A stretch of DNA of 12,717 bases, from contig JBBRDV010000036.1 of assembly GCA_038203565.1 (NCBI GenBank), positions 1 through 12,717 of the forward strand, read 5' to 3'. The stretch comes from Atribacterota bacterium (GTDB lineage: Bacteria > Atribacterota > Phoenicimicrobiia > Phoenicimicrobiales > Phoenicimicrobiaceae). A model generated the notes under the pieces. It made no database searches, was not told the origin of the DNA, and was given only the letters and a program-made list of their open reading frames with translations. The stretch's first letter is position 1. The number at the start of each line of letters is the position of its first letter. A program made the translations under genes and the position numbers. Positions 1 through 9,501 of the stretch are shown piece by piece.

Positions 1-67
1 TATTAAAGATTATTGATCAAAAATAGAAAACTGAAAATATATTTTTGGAATAGGGAGTAGATAAAAA

Positions 68-2233
68 TTGAAAGTTGATATAAAAGATGTATCTTTGAAA
101 GTAATTAAGGCTTTATCTTTCGATATAGGCAAAGGAATCGCCCGCATCCCTTTAGAGGATATGAAAAGGTTAGACGCTAACGTTGGCGATGTAATAGAAA
201 TAATAGGACAGGAATCTACTACTATTGCCAAGGTAGTTCCCCTGTCTCCGGAGTATCAAAGAGAAAAAGTAATCCAAATTGATGGGATAATAAGAAGAAA
301 CGCCAATGTGGGTTTAGGGGATAGGATTAACCTGAAAAAAGTAAACTACAAAGATGCCAAGACGCTCGTATTATCTAATTTAGATATTGATAGACTATTT
401 GGGAGAAAACCCGACATACAACTGATAAGAGAAACCCTGACAAACATACCTGTAATCATTGGAGATAAAGTCAGGGTTTTTTTATTTGGTCAACCGATTA
501 ATTTTTTTGTAAAGGGAACTTCTCCTGACGGAGCGGTGATTATTCGCCCCTTTACAGAAATAGTATTATCCAGTGGAGATGATGTCTCTGATAAAGGATT
601 TAAAGTGTATTATGAAGATATCGGTGGTTTAGATAAAGAAATTCAAAAAATCAGAGAAGTTATTGACCTTCCTCTTAAATTTCCCAAAATATTTTCAAAA
701 TTAGGATTAAAAGCCCCTAATGGAATTTTACTTTATGGCCCCCCGGGAACAGGAAAAACACTCATTGCAAAAGCTATTGCTAGTGAAACCTCCGCTTATT
801 TTATTCATCTTAATGGTTCGGAAGTCATGAATAAATTTTATGGAGAAAGTGAAGCAACATTAAGAGCGATATTCGAAGATGCCAAGCAGCATTCACCGAG
901 TATCATTTTTTTAGATGAGATTGATGCCCTAGCACCTAAAAGAGAACAGGTGATAGGGGATGTGGAGAAGAGAGTAATTACACAATTATTAGTTTTAATG
1001 GATGGAATTGTGGATAGAGGTGATGTGATTATCATTGGGGCGACAAATATCCCAGATGTTTTAGACCCCGCTTTAAGAAGGCCTGGAAGGTTTGATCGAG
1101 AGATAACCGTCTCTATCCCTAATGAAGAGGGTAGATTAAAAATATTAGAAATTCATACCAGAAATATGCCCCTAAGCAATGAGGTTGACCTTAAAAAGAT
1201 CGCAGAAATAACCCATGGTTTTGTCGGTGCTGATTTAGCCTATCTATGCCGTGAAGCTGGCATGCATGCATTTAAAAGAATTATTGATAAAAGAGAAATA
1301 TTTGGAGATTTTTCAGATAACGGAAAAGAGACGATTATAAACATGGCGGATTTCAATATAAGCTTAAAAGAAGTTGAGCCTTCCGCTTTAAGGGAGTATT
1401 CTTTTGAATTATCAAAAATCAGTATGTCTGATATCGGAGGACTCCAAAAAATAAAACGGGATTTAATATCGTTGGTTAAACTACCCTTGAAATTCCCCAA
1501 GATATATAAAAATCTCCAATTAGATAATGCAAAAGGAATATTATTTGTGGGTCCTTCGGGAACCGGGAAAACTTTGATGGCAAAAGCACTGGCCAATGAA
1601 AGTGGTGTAAATTTTATTTCCATCAATGGCCCGAGTTTATTTTCCAAATGGTTAGGGGAATCGGAAAGGATTTTACGGCAAATTTTTAAAAAAGCAAAAC
1701 AGTCATCTCCTTGTATTATTTTCTTTGACGAACTGGATGGTGTTGTACCAAAAAGGGGAGAAAACAATGAACATTCTAACATTGCTCAGAGGATTGTAAG
1801 CCAAATTATTATCGAGTTTGATTCATTAGAGGGTAACAAATCAGTCATTGTATTAGGGGCAACAAATCGTCCCGACCTTTTAGAACCCGCTTTAATTAGA
1901 CCTGGACGATTCGAATTTTTATTTAATTTTGGACTTCCGGACAAGAAGGAACGTTATGAAATACTGAAATTACATACTAAAAATAGAAAACTTTCAAAGG
2001 ATATAGATTTACAAGAATTAGCTGAAAAAACGGAAAAATATTCCGGGTCGCAAATTAATTGGGTATGCAGGCAAGCTGCCATATTGGCCTTGCAGGAATT
2101 ATTTACAAAAAATAAGAAAATTGATCCTGAGAAGAATTACGATATTGAAATTTCACCACATCATTTTAATGAAGCATTGAAAGAATCTGAAAAAGATATT
2201 TTGAAGATTAGTAAAAAATCATCGTTCAAGTAA
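68..2233 (+). CDS. cdc48: CDC48/VCP (p97)-family AAA+ ATPase with N-domain and two AAA modules
   Basis: 721 aa, TTG start preceded by GGGAG. CDC48_N-like start (DIGKGIARI...IDGIIRRNANVGLGDRI). D1: YEDIGGL, Walker A GPPGTGKT, pore loop KFYGESE, Walker B IIFLDE, SRH ALRRPGRFD. D2: DIGGL, GPSGTGKT, KWLGESE, IIFFDE, ALIRPGRFE. Confidence 0.95.
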   Translation: MKVDIKDVSLKVIKALSFDIGKGIARIPLEDMKRLDANVGDVIEIIGQESTTIAKVVPLSPEYQREKVIQIDGIIRRNANVGLGDRINLKKVNYKDAKTLVLSNLDIDRLFGRKPDIQLIRETLTNIPVIIGDKVRVFLFGQPINFFVKGTSPDGAVIIRPFTEIVLSSGDDVSDKGFKVYYEDIGGLDKEIQKIREVIDLPLKFPKIFSKLGLKAPNGILLYGPPGTGKTLIAKAIASETSAYFIHLNGSEVMNKFYGESEATLRAIFEDAKQHSPSIIFLDEIDALAPKREQVIGDVEKRVITQLLVLMDGIVDRGDVIIIGATNIPDVLDPALRRPGRFDREITVSIPNEEGRLKILEIHTRNMPLSNEVDLKKIAEITHGFVGADLAYLCREAGMHAFKRIIDKREIFGDFSDNGKETIINMADFNISLKEVEPSALREYSFELSKISMSDIGGLQKIKRDLISLVKLPLKFPKIYKNLQLDNAKGILFVGPSGTGKTLMAKALANESGVNFISINGPSLFSKWLGESERILRQIFKKAKQSSPCIIFFDELDGVVPKRGENNEHSNIAQRIVSQIIIEFDSLEGNKSVIVLGATNRPDLLEPALIRPGRFEFLFNFGLPDKKERYEILKLHTKNRKLSKDIDLQELAEKTEKYSGSQINWVCRQAAILALQELFTKNKKIDPEKNYDIEISPHHFNEALKESEKDILKISKKSSFK

Positions 2234-2302
2234 TCATTTAGTTAAACAAGTAATCTTTATGGCAAATATTTAATTATACTATGAACGAAATTATAAAACA
2301 AA

Positions 2303-2311
2303 AAGGGGTGA
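2303..2311 (+). promoter_or_regulatory. Orphan Shine-Dalgarno-like motif AAGGGGTGA upstream of the oxidoreductase operon
   Basis: Complementary to the anti-SD, with no ATG/GTG/TTG at SD spacing. Lies 91 nt before the ATG at 2403, which has its own AAAGGA RBS. Confidence 0.4.
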
Positions 2312-2402
2312 TTAACAAAATATAAATTTAGTTTTATAAGACTTATTGGGTTATTTTAATTGAAAAAACGATGAATAAATTTAAAGAAAGGATGTAAAAA
2401 AA

Positions 2403-3020
2403 ATGGTTGAGACAAAAATAAAGAACCAGGTCATAGAGATAACCATTTGGGCAACAGGCGTTCTTCAAGATGCTGAAGGCAGAGATACTGCAAATTGTAT
2501 TGCTGCGGCTGCTGCTCAAGAAGGAAAACATGTTCAGGCTTTTGATAATTATGTAGATTTACCGGACCGTGTCAATGTACCGGTACGAAAATATGCTAGA
2601 ATTAGTTCTGAAGAAATTCAAGAAAAGTATTTATATGAAAATGACCACCCGAATATTGTCGTTCTAGTTGAACCATCCTTGATAAAAGGGTATAATATTT
2701 TAAGGGGTATGCCCAAAGGCGGCATATTGATCCTCAATACAGAAAGAGATCCTGAAGAATTACTGAAATTTGTTCCCAATAAAGAGCTACTAAGAGCGAT
2801 TGCAACCGTTGATGCTAAAGTTGCTGAGAAAATAGTGGATGATTTTATGGACATTGAAGGAGCTTCGGCAAAGGCATTAGGTAGGGGAATTGGTGCAGTT
2901 TTAGCTGGAGCAGTCGCAAAGGTCAGTGGGGAATATTCCTTGGAAAGCTTAAAAAAGGTAGTTCAAAATAAAGAGGGTGCTCAAAAAGGATACGATAGCG
3001 TGAAAATCAAACAGTTATAG
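2403..3020 (+). CDS. 2-oxoacid:ferredoxin oxidoreductase gamma subunit (domain III), oxalate oxidoreductase-like
   Basis: 205 aa. EGKHVQAFDNYVDLPDRVNVPVRKYARISS...KYLYEN...VVLVEPSLIKG closely resembles the recalled N-terminal domain of the Moorella thermoacetica OOR delta chain. The PFOR CoA-binding GRGGQG loop is replaced by WATGVLQD. Confidence 0.9.
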   Translation: MVETKIKNQVIEITIWATGVLQDAEGRDTANCIAAAAAQEGKHVQAFDNYVDLPDRVNVPVRKYARISSEEIQEKYLYENDHPNIVVLVEPSLIKGYNILRGMPKGGILILNTERDPEELLKFVPNKELLRAIATVDAKVAEKIVDDFMDIEGASAKALGRGIGAVLAGAVAKVSGEYSLESLKKVVQNKEGAQKGYDSVKIKQL

Positions 3021-3103
3021 ATTTAAGATTATCTATGAAAATAAAAATAGAGAAATGATTAGGATTATAGAATAATAAATATATGAAGGAGGAAAAGCTT
3101 ATC

Positions 3104-3433
3104 ATGAGCAAGCCCAAAATTCCTAAAGAAAAACAGCTTCCCGAGGGGCTGATTGTAGACTGTCCAAAAACTGAACAGGAACAGATGACCACTGGAGGTT
3201 GGCGTATTTTACGTTCAGTCATTGATCAAGATAAATGTACCCATTGCCGGGTTTGTTGGATCAATTGCCCAGATGCTGCTATTTCAGTAGATGAAAGCGG
3301 TGATATGAAGATAAATCTAAAATATTGTAAAGGCTGTGGGATATGTGCTGTAACTTGTCCGGTAGGAGCAATTAGTAGAGTTCCGGAATTAGATTTTGAC
3401 GAAGTTGTTGTTTATCGAGATTTACCATATTAA
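3104..3433 (+). CDS. 2-oxoacid:ferredoxin oxidoreductase delta subunit (2x[4Fe-4S] ferredoxin domain), OOR-like
   Basis: TGGWR followed by CTHCRVCWINCP and CKGCGICAVTCP, then VPELDF. Start placed at ATG 3104 because AAGGAGG (3086-3092) precedes it; the track's ATG at 3083 has only a weak AGGA too far upstream. Confidence 0.92.
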   Translation: MSKPKIPKEKQLPEGLIVDCPKTEQEQMTTGGWRILRSVIDQDKCTHCRVCWINCPDAAISVDESGDMKINLKYCKGCGICAVTCPVGAISRVPELDFDEVVVYRDLPY

Positions 3434-3461
3434 AATTTAATAGAAAGTAAGGTGATATATA

Positions 3462-5652
<2,191 letters not shown>

Positions 5653-5667
5653 TTTATTTTCTTTTTA

Positions 5668-5715
5668 CCAGAGTTGCACTTTTTAGTATTTTTACATGTT
5701 AAAGTGCAACTCTGG
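5668..5715. terminator. Perfect 15-bp inverted repeat after the beta gene (terminator or mRNA-stabilising hairpin)
   Basis: CCAGAGTTGCACTTT (5668-5682) pairs with AAAGTGCAACTCTGG (5701-5715) around an 18-nt loop. No U-tract follows on the + strand. Confidence 0.6.
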
Positions 5716-5764
5716 AAATGATGCTACAAAATAAAAACGCAATAAATGATAAGAAATTTTTTAA

Positions 5765-5774
5765 AAGGAGGTGA
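5765..5774 (+). promoter_or_regulatory. Orphan Shine-Dalgarno motif AAGGAGGTGA
   Basis: Perfect SD with no start codon at normal spacing, 71 nt before the ATG at 5846, which has its own AAAGGAG RBS. Confidence 0.45.
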
Positions 5775-5845
5775 TATTTAGAGTACATACTAAATTATAG
5801 AATTATACATTTTTAGATATAAAATCTTTAAAGGAGAGAAATAAA

Positions 5846-6466
5846 ATGAGAAAATGTTTACCGAAAATAGCGTTACTGCTAGTTTTTGTTATGATTATCA
5901 CTGGGATAGTTCTAGCCATGGATGAACCGGTAGAGCCTGTTAAAGAAGCCCCAGAAGCGGCTCAAGCCGAAGTCCTCCTTGTACCTTTTACTGCAGAAAC
6001 CCCTGTCGCCATGACAACACCCGGACAAGCTCCGGAAATTGCTATGGTAAGTTTATTAGCCCGTAGAATGAATTTTGAAATTAAAAGTGAAAACTTTTTA
6101 AAACCAAAGGATCTCGAAGGGATGAAAACGTTAATCATTATTTTGGGGGCAAGTGGTAAAGGTTTAGGAGCAGCAGGTGTAGACCTTCAGGCGGAAGTGC
6201 AAAGAGCCAACGAGTTAATTGCAACATGTAAAGAAAAAGGAATAAAAATTATCGGAATGCATCTTGGCGGGAAGGATAGATTAGGCGAAAATTCTATGGT
6301 AATGATTAATTTAGTTACCCCTAAATGTGATTATGTACTTATCAGAAGTGATGGAAATAAAGATGGCCTTTTTACTAAGATTTGTTTAGAGAACAATATT
6401 CCTCTTAAGGAAATAGAAAAGACAACGGAAGCCAGTGATGTTATTAAAGCAGTCTTTGGATTGTAA
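5846..6466 (+). CDS. Exported DUF6305-like protein (candidate extracytoplasmic partner of the transporter)
   Basis: 206 aa. Signal peptide (MRKCLPKIALLLVFVMIITGIVLA), Pro/Glu/Ala-rich linker, then TTPGQ...LIIILGASGKGLGAAGVD...EVQR...GMHLGGKDR, which I recall as the DUF6305 pattern. Confidence 0.75.
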   Translation: MRKCLPKIALLLVFVMIITGIVLAMDEPVEPVKEAPEAAQAEVLLVPFTAETPVAMTTPGQAPEIAMVSLLARRMNFEIKSENFLKPKDLEGMKTLIIILGASGKGLGAAGVDLQAEVQRANELIATCKEKGIKIIGMHLGGKDRLGENSMVMINLVTPKCDYVLIRSDGNKDGLFTKICLENNIPLKEIEKTTEASDVIKAVFGL

Positions 6467-6583
6467 TCTTAAAACAATGATGGTAATGATGGTATAGTAT
6501 TCTATTTTCCATATAGTTAGTAATAAAAAAATAACAATCTTAAATTAGTTTTTAATTGGTAAAAAATCAAAGGAGGTCATAAA

Positions 6584-7882
6584 ATGAGTGCAACTTTAGA
6601 AGTTATCATTGTGTTTGCAGTTATTGCCGTGGTATTCTATCTGGGTTTTAAAAGAAAACTGCCCGTGGGAATAACTATGATTTTGGCTGCAGTAGCCATT
6701 GCATTTTTAACCGGGTTTGGAATACCTCTTCAACACCTTATCGAGGGTACTTTTTATTTCGAGCATTTAATGATGACTATTATTACCGGAATGGTGTTTA
6801 TCGGAATCATGCGTGCTACGGGCGCCCTTGACGCGATCACACGATTTATTATGGACAAATTCTATCGATATCCAAGTATCTTACTGGGAATGTTGTCAAT
6901 TATTATCATGTTTCCGGCGATGATTACCGGTTCTACGCCGGTAGCGGTGCTCAGTACCGGAGTACTTGTCGCACCTATACTGCTACGCATGGGTATACCT
7001 AAATTAGAAACCGCTGGTATCGTTGCGATGGCAGCACTAATGGGACAAAGTGCTCCTCCAGTGAATGCCATGGTCATGATTATCTGTACCAGTACCTTTA
7101 TGCCTTATGAAGGTTTCGGCTTACCTTTAGCTTTGTTAACTTTCCCTCTCGCCATATTGTCGGCGATTGTATTGGGGAGGAAATTTATTACTGTACCTAA
7201 ACTGAAAGAAATAGTTGATGAGGATATGAAAAAATATAAAATTTATAGTGGAGGCCAACTTTTAGTCCTTTTTTCTCCTTTACTTGTTTTAGTTGTTTTG
7301 ATGATTCTTCCGACCATGTGGCCTTTTGCTTTTCCGGATCCGGCCATGCCATTTAACTTTATGATTTGTGCTTTGGTAGCGTTGTTTACCGGCGTAAAAA
7401 GGGTTAACTTTTTTAAGGAATCATTGGAGATATTTAAGGAAGCATTTGTAATCATGGTACTTTTTGCCGGAATGGGAGTGTTTGTTCATTTCCTAACCTT
7501 AACTGGAGGCAGAGGATTTTTAGCTACCAATACCATTGCTTTGCCTCGATGGGCACTCTATATTAGTACAATGATTGCACCCCCTCTCTTAGGCGGACCG
7601 TTTGTTCCCTTTGGAACTGCGGCCATCGTAGGACCTCCCATCGTGTTAGCCTTTTCATTTCAAAACGCTATTATCACTACTACGGGGCTTTCCTTGTTCC
7701 TTTCTTTAGGCTGCTTGGTTCCTCCAACTGCCTTAAGCTCTCTCTTCGCTGCTCGAATTGTGGGGATTGAGAATTACATGAGCGTTACCAAAAGATGTTT
7801 ACCCTTGGCATTATTAACAGCAGCCATCGGTTTCTTAGTGATCTATTTTGCTAACCCCATTGGTTCTTTTCTGGGATTATAA
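6584..7882 (+). CDS. DctM-like (TRAP large subunit / ion-transporter superfamily) permease
   Basis: 432 aa, hydrophobic throughout with roughly a dozen membrane segments. DctM-like hairpin motifs ITGSTPVA, APPVN and LVPPTA. AAGGAGGT RBS. Confidence 0.85.
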   Translation: MSATLEVIIVFAVIAVVFYLGFKRKLPVGITMILAAVAIAFLTGFGIPLQHLIEGTFYFEHLMMTIITGMVFIGIMRATGALDAITRFIMDKFYRYPSILLGMLSIIIMFPAMITGSTPVAVLSTGVLVAPILLRMGIPKLETAGIVAMAALMGQSAPPVNAMVMIICTSTFMPYEGFGLPLALLTFPLAILSAIVLGRKFITVPKLKEIVDEDMKKYKIYSGGQLLVLFSPLLVLVVLMILPTMWPFAFPDPAMPFNFMICALVALFTGVKRVNFFKESLEIFKEAFVIMVLFAGMGVFVHFLTLTGGRGFLATNTIALPRWALYISTMIAPPLLGGPFVPFGTAAIVGPPIVLAFSFQNAIITTTGLSLFLSLGCLVPPTALSSLFAARIVGIENYMSVTKRCLPLALLTAAIGFLVIYFANPIGSFLGL

Positions 7883-7909
7883 TTTAGGACTATAATAAGG
7901 AGGAAAAAA

Positions 7910-8071
7910 ATGGATATATTCGGATTTTACAATCTTATCTATCGGATAATTTATATCTATGTTGTGAGTATGTTCTTGTGGAGTATTTTTATCCATAAGG
8001 AATTTGTAAGACAGATTGGTTATGCAATAGTAACTGTTCCCTTCCTATTAAGACTGCTTGGTATTAAATAA
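7910..8071 (+). CDS. Small two-TM membrane protein, 53 aa (absent from the ORF track)
   Basis: AAGGAGG RBS (7897-7903), ATG 7910, TAA 8069-8071. Translation MDIFGFYNLIYRIIYIYVVSMFLWSIFIHKEFVRQIGYAIVTVPFLLRLLGIK. Fills the gap between permease and deacylase. Confidence 0.85.
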   Translation: MDIFGFYNLIYRIIYIYVVSMFLWSIFIHKEFVRQIGYAIVTVPFLLRLLGIK

Positions 8072-8097
8072 ATTTACACTAAGGAGGTAATAACAAA

Positions 8098-9360
8098 ATG
8101 GCCGATAAAAAAGTGATAAAAAATGGAATAATTGCTATGCTCATCGTATTTACTATCGCCGGCTTAGCTTCAATATACTTTTTAAGGCAGAGGATTGATG
8201 AGCCTATTGTAGCCGGACCGGGGGTTACTCGGATTGGTATGTTGAGTGAATATTTTGATGAATTAAAAGGTAGCCCAGTAGATACCGAAGTCTATTTTTT
8301 AGAAAGTGATAAGCCTGGCGGAACGATGCTGTTGATGTGTGGAACTCATCCCGGTGAGCCAGCTGGGTTTTTGAGTGGTGTGACCGCTATCGAAAATGCT
8401 ATAGTGGAAGCAGGGAGATTAATTGTTATTCCCAGGGCACAAAAGAGCGGTTTTGGTACCGGAGAACCTGGACGAGCCTATCCTCCCCGTTTTCACATTC
8501 AGCAGGATGATGATAACTTACGATGGTTTCGTTATGGAAACCGAATTATGAATCCGGTATATTCCTGGCCAAACCCTACCGTTTGGGTTAATTATCCATC
8601 AGGGCAGACACTCTCTGAGGGTGAGACGCTAAATTTAAACCGTGCTCATCCCGGAAGACCAAATGGTAGATTAAATGAAAAACTATCTTTTGCAATTTTA
8701 GAACTCATTCGGAAAGAAAAAGTGTCAGTATCGATTGATCCACATGAAGCCCCACCTGATCGTCCATTAGTGGGATCTATTGCAGCCCATGAAAGAGCTC
8801 TGGATTTAGCTACCATATCTGTGCTGAATATGGATATGTTTTGGGATGTCAATGTTCGTTTGGAGGTATCTCCTAAAAATTTGCATGGTCTTTCTCATCG
8901 GGAATGGGGAGATTATACTGATACCCTGGCAGTACTTATTGAAACTCCCAGCCCCATGCATGGACCACTAAGAGGAAAATCAACGGAAAAATTGATCCTT
9001 GATGCCATTGATGAATTTGAACTGCAAGCAGGCAGAGCTGGACGTCTGTTTATGTCCTATGACGAAAAGGGATATCCAATCAGTGTCAGGGTTGCACGAC
9101 AGGTCCAAAATCAACTTGAACTGGCCAATGCCTGGAATGAATTGAACCCGGGGGAACCGATTATCATTACAAACATGCCCACTTACCCGGAAATCGTAGA
9201 AAATGGTATCGGCCAATATCTGGCTAAGGTAGAAGAACCGGAACCCTGGCTTTTCCCCATTCCAGGAATCAGGGAGTTTTTCTTTAATGAAGGTAGACCC
9301 TTCTGGGGTTATGGTAGTGGCTGGACCTACGATAAGGTTACTGGTACAAGACCTCTTTAA
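8098..9360 (+). CDS. Succinylglutamate desuccinylase/aspartoacylase (AstE/AspA, M14-like Zn) family deacylase, N-terminally anchored or exported
   Basis: 420 aa. N-terminal hydrophobic helix. Zn motif GTHPGE (HxxE), carboxylate-binding NLNR, third ligand in DPHE, candidate catalytic Glu in LIETP. AAGGAGGT RBS. Confidence 0.85.
   Translation: MADKKVIKNGIIAMLIVFTIAGLASIYFLRQRIDEPIVAGPGVTRIGMLSEYFDELKGSPVDTEVYFLESDKPGGTMLLMCGTHPGEPAGFLSGVTAIENAIVEAGRLIVIPRAQKSGFGTGEPGRAYPPRFHIQQDDDNLRWFRYGNRIMNPVYSWPNPTVWVNYPSGQTLSEGETLNLNRAHPGRPNGRLNEKLSFAILELIRKEKVSVSIDPHEAPPDRPLVGSIAAHERALDLATISVLNMDMFWDVNVRLEVSPKNLHGLSHREWGDYTDTLAVLIETPSPMHGPLRGKSTEKLILDAIDEFELQAGRAGRLFMSYDEKGYPISVRVARQVQNQLELANAWNELNPGEPIIITNMPTYPEIVENGIGQYLAKVEEPEPWLFPIPGIREFFFNEGRPFWGYGSGWTYDKVTGTRPL
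9290..9360 (+). repeat. Copy 1 of a 71-nt imperfect direct repeat (3' end of the deacylase gene)
   Basis: Matches 11647-11717 without gaps; 46 of the first 49 nt are identical. Confidence 0.9.
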
Positions 9361-9415
9361 TTAATCGTAATTTAATAAGCGACATTTATTATTAGACCAC
9401 AAAGTCCTAAAAGAT

Positions 9416-9424
9416 AGGGGGTGA
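9416..9424 (+). promoter_or_regulatory. Orphan Shine-Dalgarno-like motif AGGGGGTGA
   Basis: No start codon at SD spacing; 77 nt before the ATG at 9502, which has its own AGGAGG RBS. Confidence 0.4.
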
Positions 9425-9501
9425 GTAAAAAATAAGCCATAAAATCAAGAGTTTATGATTTAAGTTTAATAATTTAGTTTAATTAATTTTAGGAGGAAAA
9501 A

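Noticed and set aside
68..2233. cdc48 looks more AT-rich than the downstream genes, suggesting separate origin
   Set aside because: Impression by eye only; needs computed GC/GC3 and codon-usage comparison, and could reflect expression level.
2281..2325. Short ORF MNEIIKQKGVINKI upstream of the gamma gene
   Set aside because: No SD and no other support; likely chance.
3083..3103. Longer start (MKEEKLI) for the delta subunit
   Set aside because: This segment contains the AAGGAGG RBS for ATG 3104, and ATG 3083 has no well-placed SD.
3021..3103. Frameshift or readthrough recreating a gamma-delta fusion
   Set aside because: Different frames, a non-coding-like AT-rich spacer with stop codons, and a dedicated RBS for delta.
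6476..6498. Tandem AATGATGGT x2 overlapping a possible extended -10 (TGgTATAGT)
   Set aside because: Only two short copies and no -35; cannot be distinguished from chance.
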